Below are positions 8,516 to 18,675 of a DNA stretch of 64,000 bases, piece after piece. The position numbers and the translations under genes were made by a program. Source of the DNA: Candidatus Dadabacteria bacterium (GTDB taxonomy: Bacteria > Desulfobacterota_D > UBA1144 > Nemesobacterales > CSP1-2); the NCBI GenBank assembly GCA_963805855.1, contig CAWDVW010000007.1, positions 192,001 to 256,000 on the forward strand, given 5' to 3'. Each line of letters begins with the position of its first letter. Position 1 is the stretch's first letter. The notes beneath the pieces are model-generated. The model saw only the letters and a list, made by a program, of their open reading frames with translations. It was not told the origin of the DNA and made no database searches.

Positions 8516-9883
8516 ATGCAAATCGGTAAGGACTCGCACTTTCATCAAATTGGAGACATAGATCAGCCAATACCTGTTTCTGAGTACATTGAGTTTTTAA
8601 ATGAAAGCCTTCGGGGTTTTCATGCAAGTATTATCGGAGAGGTGGGACAGGTAAGTAAGAGTTCAAGAGGGCATGTCTACTTTTCGTTAAAGGATCAAAA
8701 AAAGGAAAGTGTCATCTATTGTGTGATATGGAAGGCTAATTATGAGCTATATGGCATCGAATTAGAAGACGGAATGGAGGTTGTTGCTACTGGTTATCCG
8801 GATATATACGAGCCGACAGGGAGGCTGACCTTTAAGGCAGATGCAATCGAACTTGTGGGTGAGGGTGCATTAAAAAAGGCGTATGAGGAATTGAAAAAGA
8901 AATTAGCAGGCGAGGGAATTTTTGATATAGGTAAGAAGAGACCTATACCAGATTATCCAAATCGAATCGGCGTCATAACATCTATCCATGGCGCAGTCAT
9001 TCATGATTTCATTAACAATCTGGGTAAGTATGGGTTCCATGTAAAGATAATGGATTCAAGGGTTGAGGGCCAGCGCGCGGTTAAGGAGCTTTTACTTTCT
9101 ATGAGGTCTTTCAGAAAGCAAGATATTGACGCACTTGTAATTATACGTGGAGGAGGCTCGCTTGAATCCCTGATGGCCTTCAACAATGAGTCTCTGGTGA
9201 GAGAGGTTTCAAGTTTTCCAGTTCCGGTGATAGCCGGAATAGGTCATCATCTGGATGTGCCTCTCGTATCACTGGCTGCGGATGCCATGGAGTCCACACC
9301 GACAGCTACGGCCAATCTGTTAAACGAGTCGTGGGAGCAGGCTGAAAATACAGTCGAAAGATATCAGAGGGATATTTTTGAACAATACAGCTATGGATTA
9401 AGGGAAACACAGATGCGATTAGAGGAGTCCATATCTGGGGTTCAGCGAGGATTGAATGTAATATTCGATTTTCATAGAGAGCTCGAGCGCGCATTAAAGA
9501 CTAGCATCGCCAAAGTCGGGTATTCAATCTTAATGGATAGAAGGTTTATAAAGAATGCTGTAGTATCGGTAAATAGGGGGTTTTTACGTTTAGTTAAGAC
9601 TTTTGAAGATTACATCATAAGCATTTGGCGGACTTCTCTGCACCCAGATTTCATATCTGAATTATCTTTTATAAACCAAAAGCTTGATTTTTTTGAAAAG
9701 ACGGTGCGCTTGAACGATCCGACTCGGCAGCTTCGTCTCGGCTACAGTATTACGAGACATAAAGGAAAGGTGGTGAGGGGTACAAGAGACGTTCAAATAG
9801 GGGCGTCTTTGAATACTCAGGTCTCAGATGGCGTGATCGATTCCATTGTTAAAGGTGTGCACAAAAATGAGCAAGAAAACTGA
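8516..9883 (+). CDS. xseA: Exodeoxyribonuclease VII large subunit
   Basis: GHVYFSLKD OB fold, IGVITS, RGGGSLESL..FN.E, GIGH, TPTA. Confidence 0.95.
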   Translation: MQIGKDSHFHQIGDIDQPIPVSEYIEFLNESLRGFHASIIGEVGQVSKSSRGHVYFSLKDQKKESVIYCVIWKANYELYGIELEDGMEVVATGYPDIYEPTGRLTFKADAIELVGEGALKKAYEELKKKLAGEGIFDIGKKRPIPDYPNRIGVITSIHGAVIHDFINNLGKYGFHVKIMDSRVEGQRAVKELLLSMRSFRKQDIDALVIIRGGGSLESLMAFNNESLVREVSSFPVPVIAGIGHHLDVPLVSLAADAMESTPTATANLLNESWEQAENTVERYQRDIFEQYSYGLRETQMRLEESISGVQRGLNVIFDFHRELERALKTSIAKVGYSILMDRRFIKNAVVSVNRGFLRLVKTFEDYIISIWRTSLHPDFISELSFINQKLDFFEKTVRLNDPTRQLRLGYSITRHKGKVVRGTRDVQIGASLNTQVSDGVIDSIVKGVHKNEQEN

Positions 9884-10139
9884 TAAAAAAGGTCTCAATA
9901 ATAATCTGAAAAGGCTTTCCGAGATAGCCGAGTGGTTTGATACACAGGAAGAGGTCGATGTTGAAGAGGGACTTGAGAAGGTGAAAGAAGCGGCAAAGCT
10001 TATAAAGCTTAGCAAAGAGCGTCTTAAAGAGATTGAGAATGAGTTTGAAGAGATCAAGAGGGAGATTGATGAAGAGATCGGGATTGAAGAAACGATTGAA
10101 GAGGGTGTGAACGAAGAGGGGGAGGAGGATGAAACATAA
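9867..10139 (+). CDS. xseB: Exodeoxyribonuclease VII small subunit, with an acidic tail
   Basis: Overlaps the xseA stop; LSEIAEWF...DVEEGLEKVKEAAKLI helical pattern. Confidence 0.85.
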   Translation: MSKKTDKKGLNNNLKRLSEIAEWFDTQEEVDVEEGLEKVKEAAKLIKLSKERLKEIENEFEEIKREIDEEIGIEETIEEGVNEEGEEDET

Positions 10140-10188
10140 TGCGGTAATTTAGAACAAGATATCGCTTTGGTATTGCGGGTTTTTAATT

Positions 10189-10347
10189 CTTCCTTGTCTT
10201 GATACAAAGAAGCAAACATCAAGGCATTCCAAAAATTCGCTAAAAATCATAAACTCCGACTAAAAAATTTAATCCAACCGCAACCCACAAATTTTTTTTA
10301 CGTCTTCGTTTCTGATTGTCTTAACGCAATTTTTGGAATGCCAATTA
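10189..10347. repeat. Dispersed ~160-bp structured repeat, copy 2
   Basis: Direct copy of 7018-7180; contains a perfect 15-bp inverted repeat GGCATTCCAAAAATT (10223) / AATTTTTGGAATGCC (10328). Confidence 0.9.
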
Positions 10348-10421
10348 AGATCTAAGAGGCTGTTACGACATCATTTCGCATCAACAGCGCTGAAACTCAA
10401 AAAGCCGTAAACCGTGGTTTT

Positions 10422-10874
10422 TTAGGGCTCTTTCCTGGGCTTATGGATCTGTGTTCTCTTTTCGTCAAAAATATGAATAACATCCCATCCGGTTTTTGTT
10501 AGAATAAAAGCAATCGAGCCGCGGTGGCAGCGAAACCAGAGGATCTCTGCACACATTATCGCTGTTCTTTTCTGTTTAGCTATTTTAATCAATTTATCTA
10601 ACGCCAATTTAAAGTCTTCCGAGTCCATATATTTCTCATATCCGCCCTCTCTAAAACCACCAAGTTCTTCAATCCAATAATACTGAATGCCACTTTCCGG
10701 GAGTTTAATTTCGAGATTCTTCTTATTGAACTGTGGATTTCGCCTTGAGCTAGGAAAGTGTCTGACATCGACGAGGGCTAATACGTTATGGCATCTTAAC
10801 AGCGCAACGAGTTCGTCGAGGTCTCGAGTAGAGTGCCCTATTGTAAATATTGTGCTTTGAACTTTTACGCTCAT
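10422..10874 (-). CDS. DUF488 family protein
   Basis: TIGHSTR, LVDVR.FP.SRRNPQF, MCAE..W.RCHR. Confidence 0.92.
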   Translation of the reverse strand: MSVKVQSTIFTIGHSTRDLDELVALLRCHNVLALVDVRHFPSSRRNPQFNKKNLEIKLPESGIQYYWIEELGGFREGGYEKYMDSEDFKLALDKLIKIAKQKRTAIMCAEILWFRCHRGSIAFILTKTGWDVIHIFDEKRTQIHKPRKEP

Positions 10875-10959
10875 CTGACCGTTAGCTATTACTACGCTAT
10901 ATAAAACTTATAGTATATTGTTTGTCCATATCTGATAACTTATATAATAAGAGACAGGC

Positions 10960-12015
10960 ATGACTGACATCTTATCAATCGCGAAGCAATTCGACATCGG
11001 CGATGTAGACAATATAACACCTTACGGTAAAGGCAGGATTAATGAGACTTTTCTGGTAACAACATTTTCAAAAAATGGGGAGGGATCTATCGATAATAGG
11101 TATATATTGCAAAAGCTGCACCAGATTTTTACACCTGCTGTGCTGGAGGATATTGAGGTAATTACGAGTCGGTTGGAAAAAGAGGATATTGTTACGCCTA
11201 AGCTAATTCGTACTATGAAAGGAGATTTGAGTATCAATTCTGAAGGCGAGACCTGGCGTATGCTCACATATATAGGGGCCAAGACATATGAATACGGTAT
11301 CGATAATCAAATGGCAGAAAGCGCTGCCGCCTTGATTGGGAAATTTCATAACGCATTAACCGGGTTGGATTATAAGTTTCTTCATAAGATACCCAATTTT
11401 CATGATACCCGGTCGATTATGGAGAACTTAACGAGGATTAATCTGCTATATCAAAATACCGATAAGTATAAGACTCTTTCCCCACTGACTGAGGAGATAT
11501 TGATACAGTATGAAAAGATTAAGGATTCGATCAAAGGTTTGCCTGAACGTATCATACACGGGGACCTTAAGCTGAATAACATTCGATTTGATGACAGAGT
11601 TAAAAAGGCAATTGCCATTGTTGATCTCGATACATTAGGGACCGGCAAGATTGTCATAGATATTGGAGATGCGATCAGAAGCTGGTGTCATAGGTTGATA
11701 GACCTAGATGGAGAAGACGATCTATTCGATCTTGATATGTTTAGGAGTATTATGTCAGGCTACCTGAGGACCGCGGTTTTTATGACAAGAGAGGAAATTG
11801 AATCTGTTCCGGATGGTGTGGTCATGATGATGTTAGAGCTTTCCGCTAGATATATTACAGATGCTTATGAAGAATCTTATTTTAGGCTAGACTCTGAAAA
11901 ATATTCAAATCTCTTCGAGCAAAATAAAACGAAGGCATTTGCTCAGATGCGTCTCTTTAATGACTTTCAGGAGAAGATAGACAAAGTGGAAAATATTTTG
12001 ATTCGTTCGAAATAA
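10960..12015 (+). CDS. Aminoglycoside phosphotransferase-fold kinase (NahK-like sugar kinase family)
   Basis: G.G.IN.T, IPNFHDT, HGDLKLNN, DLDT, D.GDAIRS. Confidence 0.85.
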   Translation: MTDILSIAKQFDIGDVDNITPYGKGRINETFLVTTFSKNGEGSIDNRYILQKLHQIFTPAVLEDIEVITSRLEKEDIVTPKLIRTMKGDLSINSEGETWRMLTYIGAKTYEYGIDNQMAESAAALIGKFHNALTGLDYKFLHKIPNFHDTRSIMENLTRINLLYQNTDKYKTLSPLTEEILIQYEKIKDSIKGLPERIIHGDLKLNNIRFDDRVKKAIAIVDLDTLGTGKIVIDIGDAIRSWCHRLIDLDGEDDLFDLDMFRSIMSGYLRTAVFMTREEIESVPDGVVMMMLELSARYITDAYEESYFRLDSEKYSNLFEQNKTKAFAQMRLFNDFQEKIDKVENILIRSK

Positions 12016-12121
12016 CAGAACGTGATCTTCAGATTAATTTCGAAACGCTGCCGAATCCCTTATTGAAAACATCAAGAAATCAGACATACTCAATCAGGCA
12101 AAAAAGGAGGAAGGCTGACCA

Positions 12122-13126
12122 ATGCCCGATGATAAACCGATCCTAGTTACAGGTGACCGCCCAACCGGACGCCTTCATTTAGGACACTTTGTAGGCTCAC
12201 TGTTAAATCGAATAAAGTATCAGGATGAATATAAGTGCTATTTTTTAATAGCTGATCTCCATATGCTCACTACACATTACGACCGGGTTAAAGAGGTGGA
12301 GGATAACGTTTTACAATTGGTAATTGATTGGTTGAGTGTTGGGTTGGACCCAAGCCGATCCACATTCTATGTTCAGTCACAGGTTCCCTATATAACAGAG
12401 CTCTATACAATTCTTTCAATGTTCTGTGCCGTTCCGAGGTCTCAAAGGATTCCAACGCTTAAAGAAAAGGCCCAGGACATGGGGGTGGGGGAGAACTATT
12501 CCGTAGGTTTACTCGGATATCCAATTTTGATGGCGGCAGACATATTGATGTTCAAGGCTACGAAAGTTCCGGTAGGAGAGGATCAGCTAAGCCATCTGGA
12601 ATTAACTCGTGAACTTGCGAGGAGGTTCAATTATTTGTACGGAGAATTTTTTGTAGAACCTGAGGCAATCGTTAGTGAGACTCCGCGTCTTGTTGGGACC
12701 GATGGGGATCGGAAGATGAGTAAAAGCCTCGACAATTGTATCTATCTTTCGGATGACTCGGGGACAGTCGAAAAAAGGGTCAGAAGTATGTATACGGATC
12801 CAAATCGTATAAGAGCCGATATCCCAGGTACGGTAGAGGGTAATCCCGTTTTCATTTATCATGATGCTTTTAATCCGAATAAAGAGGAAGTTGAGGATTT
12901 AAAGGCTCGCTATCGCGGAGGCAATGTCGGAGATGTAGAGGTAAAGAAAAAGCTTGCAGCTGCTATAAATAACTTGCTAGAGCCAATTCGTGAGAAGCGC
13001 AGCTACTATGAGAACCGAATGGATGAAGTCAGGGAAATTCTTCATAATGGGATTCTACGGGCAAACGAAATTGCTAAAATGAATATGGATACAATTATTA
13101 AAAAGATGGGCTTGTATCGTGCTTGA
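12122..13126 (+). CDS. trpS: Tryptophan--tRNA ligase
   Basis: [13 protein letters not shown] (HIGH), VPVGEDQ, KMSKS. Confidence 0.98.
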   Translation: MPDDKPILVTGDRPTGRLHLGHFVGSLLNRIKYQDEYKCYFLIADLHMLTTHYDRVKEVEDNVLQLVIDWLSVGLDPSRSTFYVQSQVPYITELYTILSMFCAVPRSQRIPTLKEKAQDMGVGENYSVGLLGYPILMAADILMFKATKVPVGEDQLSHLELTRELARRFNYLYGEFFVEPEAIVSETPRLVGTDGDRKMSKSLDNCIYLSDDSGTVEKRVRSMYTDPNRIRADIPGTVEGNPVFIYHDAFNPNKEEVEDLKARYRGGNVGDVEVKKKLAAAINNLLEPIREKRSYYENRMDEVREILHNGILRANEIAKMNMDTIIKKMGLYRA

Positions 13127-13234
13127 GTGGCTTCTCGGGGTCTTTACTTGATGAGACTTTGTATAAAAATTTATCTTTTGACCATTGTTAGTGCTAGGTG
13201 ATGGTATGTATCGGTTGAGGCTTGAATGTCACAC

Positions 13235-13262
13235 TTGCTTTTTCCCTTTTGCTTGTTAGAAT
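13235..13262 (+). promoter_or_regulatory. Putative sigma70 promoter of ccr
   Basis: TTGCTT-N16-TAGAAT with extended -10 TG. Confidence 0.4.
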
Positions 13263-13326
13263 TACGTCGCATCCAACTCTTGTGAATCACAAATAAGACC
13301 TAAAACGGCGTTTAAAAGGAGAGAAA

Positions 13327-14685
13327 ATGGTTAAGGGAGAACGGCTTTCCAAGCCATCAAAAACATCTGATATCGAAAGTATCGATATGGAAACTATTGC
13401 TTATGAGGAGAGTAGTAGAGGAATTGATGAACCACTTCCGTTAGGTGTAGTGCCCGATTTGGAAGTGCTGCCCAAATATATGCATGCGTGGGTAATACGG
13501 AAGGAAAGGCATGGTGACCCTAAGAAATCTTTCAAAAAAGAGATAGTTCCGGTTCCCGATATTGGGCCTAACGAAGTTCTAGTCATGGTCATGGCTGCAG
13601 GGGTAAATTACAATGGTGTATGGGCTGGGCTTGGAGAACCTATCTCTGTTTTAGATATCCATAAACACGATTATCACGTTGCCGGTAGTGATGCCTCTGG
13701 AATTGTGTGGAGGGTTGGATCTAATGTTAAGAGTTGGAAACCAGGGGATGAAGTTATTTTACATTGTAACGTAGAGAGCGAGGAGCACTCCACAAGAACA
13801 GAGTCCCCATCCGACTTTATATCCTATGATCCGATGGCAAGTGCCGGGCAGAAGATCTGGGGATACGAAACTCCTGACGGCTCATTCGCTCAATTTACAA
13901 AAGTACAGGCCCAGCAGGTATTACCTAAGCCAGATCATCTTACGTGGGAAGAATCTGCCTCATATGGTTTATGCTATTTTACCGCTTATAGAATGCTTAT
14001 TACGCAGGCTAAGCTGCAGCCAAGCGAGGTAGCGTTGATTTGGGGTGGAGCAGGCGGCCTGGGAGTATTTGCTATACAGATTTGTAGGATGCTCGGCGCC
14101 GACGCGATCGCGGTAGTGTCGTCAAAGGACAAAAAGGAACTCTGTATGGAGCTTGGTGCAAAAGGAGTAATAAACAGGCTTGATTTCCCTCATCTGATGT
14201 ATAAACATGGCGAAACCCCTGAAGAGCACGCGAATAGATTTAACGATATGAAACGCTTCGGGCGCGCTATTTGGGACATACTTGGAGAGAGGAGGAACCC
14301 GAACGTTGTTTTTGAGCACGTTGGAGAGGCAACATTTCCGACAAGCGTTTTTGTATGCAGCAGGTTTGGTCGAATTGTTATCTGCGCCGGTACTACGGGT
14401 TATAACCTGATGTTTGATGTAAGACATCTATGGATGCATCAGAAAAGGATAATCGGGTCTCATTTTGCCAATGCTTTAGAGTGCCTGCGAGCCAACGATT
14501 TGGTAACGAAGGGCATTATAAAGCCGGTGATTTCCGAAACTCTAACGTACGATGATATTCCCAGGGCACACCAGCTGATGTATGACAATAAGCATTCGGG
14601 CAAGATGGGGGTGCTGGTACAAGCAAGAAGGAAGGGGATGACAAACACGAAGGATGCGGTTAAAGCTCTTAAAAGTGTTTCTTGA
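13327..14685 (+). CDS. ccrA: Crotonyl-CoA carboxylase/reductase
   Basis: VMAAGVNYNGVW, AGSDASGIVW, IWGYETPDGSFAQF, LWMHQKRIIGSHFAN. Confidence 0.93.
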   Translation: MVKGERLSKPSKTSDIESIDMETIAYEESSRGIDEPLPLGVVPDLEVLPKYMHAWVIRKERHGDPKKSFKKEIVPVPDIGPNEVLVMVMAAGVNYNGVWAGLGEPISVLDIHKHDYHVAGSDASGIVWRVGSNVKSWKPGDEVILHCNVESEEHSTRTESPSDFISYDPMASAGQKIWGYETPDGSFAQFTKVQAQQVLPKPDHLTWEESASYGLCYFTAYRMLITQAKLQPSEVALIWGGAGGLGVFAIQICRMLGADAIAVVSSKDKKELCMELGAKGVINRLDFPHLMYKHGETPEEHANRFNDMKRFGRAIWDILGERRNPNVVFEHVGEATFPTSVFVCSRFGRIVICAGTTGYNLMFDVRHLWMHQKRIIGSHFANALECLRANDLVTKGIIKPVISETLTYDDIPRAHQLMYDNKHSGKMGVLVQARRKGMTNTKDAVKALKSVS

Positions 14686-14708
14686 TTGTTTGTGTTTTGG
14701 ACTATTCG

Positions 14709-15374
14709 TTAATTCCCGAGATAGGTTGTATTAATGTAACTGCCTTTCAGTTTCTCTTTTATTTTGACCAATAATACCGTCTCTATATAATTATTTGATT
14801 TGACCTCTCCCGCAAAATTTGCGGAATCTAAATATGGCCTGATAACATAATCAATATCGACCTTAGTTTTAGTGTTAGATAAACTGGTTACTTTTATTCT
14901 CATGATTTCCTGTGAAAATACAGGCCTGTGAGCATTGGAGTTGATATCATAAAATGCAACTTTGTTAAGGTAATCATCGATATCTGGAAAACTCTGAATG
15001 TCCCCGGTTGGCCATGTAAATGTCCTGATGATATTGCCCGACTTTTTATACACGTAAGCCTCTTTCAAAACTATTTCACCGGTCTTTTCGTCCACAAAAG
15101 CCGCGGGCCATTTTATCCACTGAACTCCTTCTAGTGTCGCGAACCACACATCTGTGAATGATGCATTAAATACATTATCCTCTTCGACTGTTTCTTCTTT
15201 ACCTGGTAAGGACGGCTTTTTTTCTTTAGTTGCAGGCGGGACTGTTCTTTCGGTTTTACGTTCATATTTTCTAGTTTGAGTACCTTTATCTGGCTTAACA
15301 TCTCTATAGGGATAAAAGGTGCTGCAACTCGCAATTAAGCAAATCATGGCGACTATGAGAATTATCTTGCCCAT
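14709..15374 (-). CDS. Hypothetical lipoprotein
   Basis: Signal peptide with IASC lipobox. Confidence 0.75.
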   Translation of the reverse strand: MGKIILIVAMICLIASCSTFYPYRDVKPDKGTQTRKYERKTERTVPPATKEKKPSLPGKEETVEEDNVFNASFTDVWFATLEGVQWIKWPAAFVDEKTGEIVLKEAYVYKKSGNIIRTFTWPTGDIQSFPDIDDYLNKVAFYDINSNAHRPVFSQEIMRIKVTSLSNTKTKVDIDYVIRPYLDSANFAGEVKSNNYIETVLLVKIKEKLKGSYINTTYLGN

Positions 15375-15526
15375 TTTATGTATCCCAACCTTAATTTAAT
15401 ATCTTATCACAAATAAATCTATACTTTAATTCTTTTGATTTCACGGAGAATCTTAATTATTATTCTGGGTGAGTTTTATGTTACAAAACGTTTGTATTAT
15501 CTGAGTAAAAAGTAGGTGTCCAAAAG

Positions 15527-16519
15527 CTGAAGAATTTCATTTTCCTTCAAATACTGATTGTCGTCTTTCTTATTTCGTGTGCCCAACAGTATGGAAAAAC
15601 CATAACAGATCAGGACTCTTTTACACTATTTCCGATTGAGATTGATGGAAAATGGGGATATATAGACAGAAGGGGAGGAAGAATAATAAGTGCAAAATAT
15701 GAAGGGGCATTTAAGTTTTCAGACGGAAGAGCGCTGGTGAAGTCAGATGGCAAGTGGGGTTACATAAATCGTTGGGAGGTTTTTGCCGTTAAGCCGGAGT
15801 TTATTGAAGCACACGAGTTTTCTGAAGGACTTGCCCATGTAAAGATAGGGGATAGCTATGGATATATAAATAAGTCAGGAAATTTCGTCATCGAACCGAG
15901 ATTCGAAGCCGCTTCTAACTTCTCTGAAGGTTTAGCAAGTGTTAAGATCAATGGCTGGTGGGGTTATATAGATAAGGACGGCTATATGGTAATACCTTCT
16001 AATTTCGGTGAGGCTTACAGCTTTTCTGGTGGATTGGCTTTAGTCGTGATAGACGGGAAGGGTGGATACATCGATAGGACTGGTAATGTCGCAATAGATC
16101 CAATATACGATTGGGCGGAGGGGTTTTCGGAGGGCCTTGCCTGTGTCAAATCAGACGGGAAGTACGTTTATATCGGCCAAACGGGCAAGGTGATAATCGA
16201 TCCGAGTGTCGAAGAAGCAAGGCACTTCTCAGAAGGATTTGCCGTTGTAATAAATGGAGGTAAGCAGGGATTTATTGATAAGAACGGTAAAATAGTTATA
16301 GAGCCGGTGTACCAAAAGGTCGGGGATTTTTCGGAGGGACTTGCTTCGGTGTTAATTGACGGGAAATGGGGGTATATTGACAAAACAGGGCAAATCGAAA
16401 TAACGCCACAATTCAAAACGGCAATAAAATTCGACGGTGGATTAGCATTGGTAGAAATTGATGATAAGACTTGGGGTTATATAGATAGAAATGGAACATT
16501 TGTTTGGAGATCGAAATAA
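15527..16519 (+). CDS. WG-repeat (KWG) lipoprotein, probable CTG start
   Basis: Repeats of FSEGLA.V..DGKWGYID. The frame extends 70 codons upstream of the called GTG, adding another repeat and an LISC lipobox. Confidence 0.85.
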   Translation: MKNFIFLQILIVVFLISCAQQYGKTITDQDSFTLFPIEIDGKWGYIDRRGGRIISAKYEGAFKFSDGRALVKSDGKWGYINRWEVFAVKPEFIEAHEFSEGLAHVKIGDSYGYINKSGNFVIEPRFEAASNFSEGLASVKINGWWGYIDKDGYMVIPSNFGEAYSFSGGLALVVIDGKGGYIDRTGNVAIDPIYDWAEGFSEGLACVKSDGKYVYIGQTGKVIIDPSVEEARHFSEGFAVVINGGKQGFIDKNGKIVIEPVYQKVGDFSEGLASVLIDGKWGYIDKTGQIEITPQFKTAIKFDGGLALVEIDDKTWGYIDRNGTFVWRSK

Positions 16520-16627
16520 TTCGGCTTTCCATTGGGTTGGTGATTATCTATTGCATCCGCAAAAGTCAATCTTAGATATTGCTTAGAATTCGGAGGCCTT
16601 CGGTATTATTTATCTTAAATCATTAAC

Positions 16628-17533
16628 TTAAAACGAAGAAGGATTTTCGGGAATAGAAGTTTCTCGCTTAACACTTCTTTGTGTATAGAAAAGCCACGTT
16701 GTCGATATCAGTATGAGTGAAATTCCGAGAAGTGTAGTTAGTCTAAAGGAATGTTGCCAGAAAATGAGATCATAAGAAGCCGCAAATCCGACTTTTACAT
16801 AACCTGCGGCCGCAATTCTTGGGGCTTTATCGAGTGCAAAGGCTTTGGTCATTCCAAGCTGCCCGATAGTTCCTAAAACCCCTACCCCTAAGAGCATAAT
16901 CACGATCTTCGGGTTTCCCAAGACTGCGAGATTAACATCATTTTTGAATAATACCAACGATAAAAACGCTATAAGTGTAGCGGTTCCTGAGAAGTGGGTA
17001 ACAATAACGCGCGGATCGATATCCCGAAGTAGCCTAAGGCAAATCATTACCACTGCTCCAGCAAATGCTGCTAGGAGCGCGATTAATACAGCATAATTTC
17101 TGCTACTAAAATATGGCTGTTCCAACAGTATCACCCCGAACATGCTGAGAATCAGGATCACCCATAATCTACCGCTTGAGCGCTCCCCGATTATGTATCC
17201 TGCTATCAATGTGACCAGGATTGGCCGCGTTTCTGTTATGACGGCAACATCTGAAATCGGCAGGTGTGTGAGGGCATAGAACGTACAAAGCATCGCAGCG
17301 CTGCCCATCATACTTCTCAACCACAGAAGGGGTTTGTTGAATAGGAATGGCATTAGCGTCGCCCGGGCTGCCAGGTAGGATGCTAATACGAACGAAAGCA
17401 GCATCCTAAAAAGTGCTATAAGCATCCAATCGCATTGCTTGCCTAGGGCGAAAGTAAGAGCACCCATCGAGGCAAATGAAAAACCTCCAATGACCATCCA
17501 AAACATTCCATGATAGTCGGCGCTATTCTTCAT
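16628..17533 (-). CDS. DMT/EamA family transporter
   Basis: About 10 TM segments in two EamA halves; FYAL..LP..D motif. Confidence 0.9.
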   Translation of the reverse strand: MKNSADYHGMFWMVIGGFSFASMGALTFALGKQCDWMLIALFRMLLSFVLASYLAARATLMPFLFNKPLLWLRSMMGSAAMLCTFYALTHLPISDVAVITETRPILVTLIAGYIIGERSSGRLWVILILSMFGVILLEQPYFSSRNYAVLIALLAAFAGAVVMICLRLLRDIDPRVIVTHFSGTATLIAFLSLVLFKNDVNLAVLGNPKIVIMLLGVGVLGTIGQLGMTKAFALDKAPRIAAAGYVKVGFAASYDLIFWQHSFRLTTLLGISLILISTTWLFYTQRSVKRETSIPENPSSF

Positions 17534-17789
17534 CCGGTATATTAATTGATTAATGAAGATCATTTATTTAATTATAGTGACACGATGCGGTATGTTAGAG
17601 TTGAATTTTAAAAAGGTTATTTGTCAAAATGAATTAGACTTAGAAATGCAATATGTCGCGCGTCTCAGGCCATAAAGTCCTGTATTGTTGGATATTAGAT
17701 TTCTCTAAAATAATATTTCTAGGGCAATTAAAGAACCGTCCATCCTGATAAATCCCCCATTCGCAGTGCCTTTTTAGCAACCGGAATAT

Positions 17790-18593
17790 TTAGGTTGCAC
17801 TAAAATCATATTCAAGTAGGAAGTTCAAAACTATTCTGTTAAACTCCTCTGGTTTTTCTATTGAAGGGGCATGCCCGGACCCCTTAATTATAGCAAGCCT
17901 AGACCCTTTGATTCCTTCATTAAGCAATTTAGAGTACTTCATCGGAATAAGGATGTCCTCTTCTCCGACGATGATCAGTGTTGGGGCTTTAATTTCTGAA
18001 AGTCTGTCGTTCGTGTTGTGCTTCAGGCAGCCGTGAGCAAGGTTTATAATAGCGTTCGCGGGGTTAATTTCTGAGCTCACATTTTTCATTTGCGCCAGGA
18101 TCTCTTTATTTTGTTTTATGAAATCTTCAGAAAATATAAATGGTATGGAAACATCATACCTAAATTCGCTTCCACCAATCTCTGTCGCTTTTATCCAGAG
18201 TGTAATGATTGAATCAAGAAGCGTGTCAATGTAACTGCAGGTATCAACGAGCACTAACGCACCTACCTTTTCCGGGAAATTTAGGGCAAAATGCTGGGCA
18301 ATCATACCGCCATTCGAAAGACCTACTACATGCGCCTTCTGAATATCGAGTTTATCCATGAGATTCTTTAGATCCTCTGCGTGCATAGGTTGGGAATATT
18401 CCATATCCGGTTTGTCAGATTTTCCCTGTCCTCTGCAGTCGTATCTCAGGACTTTGTGTATTTTTGAGAATTCTTGCACCTGGAAGTACCAGCCATTTAT
18501 ATCCATCGTTAGTCCATTGATGAATACTACTACGGAACCGTTTCCTTCGAGTTCGTAATTTAGATTAATCGAATTTACACTTAGCCTAGGCAT
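17790..18593 (-). CDS. Alpha/beta hydrolase (PcaD enol-lactonase-like)
   Basis: YDCRGQGKS, GLSNGG, GEED, SGH catalytic triad. Confidence 0.9.
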   Translation of the reverse strand: MPRLSVNSINLNYELEGNGSVVVFINGLTMDINGWYFQVQEFSKIHKVLRYDCRGQGKSDKPDMEYSQPMHAEDLKNLMDKLDIQKAHVVGLSNGGMIAQHFALNFPEKVGALVLVDTCSYIDTLLDSIITLWIKATEIGGSEFRYDVSIPFIFSEDFIKQNKEILAQMKNVSSEINPANAIINLAHGCLKHNTNDRLSEIKAPTLIIVGEEDILIPMKYSKLLNEGIKGSRLAIIKGSGHAPSIEKPEEFNRIVLNFLLEYDFSAT

Positions 18594-18675
18594 GGTTCCC
18601 CTTTGTCATTTGGATATTTTATGAGGATCTTCAGGCAACTAATTTTGTGTAGACACGTGAAAGATAACGATACAT

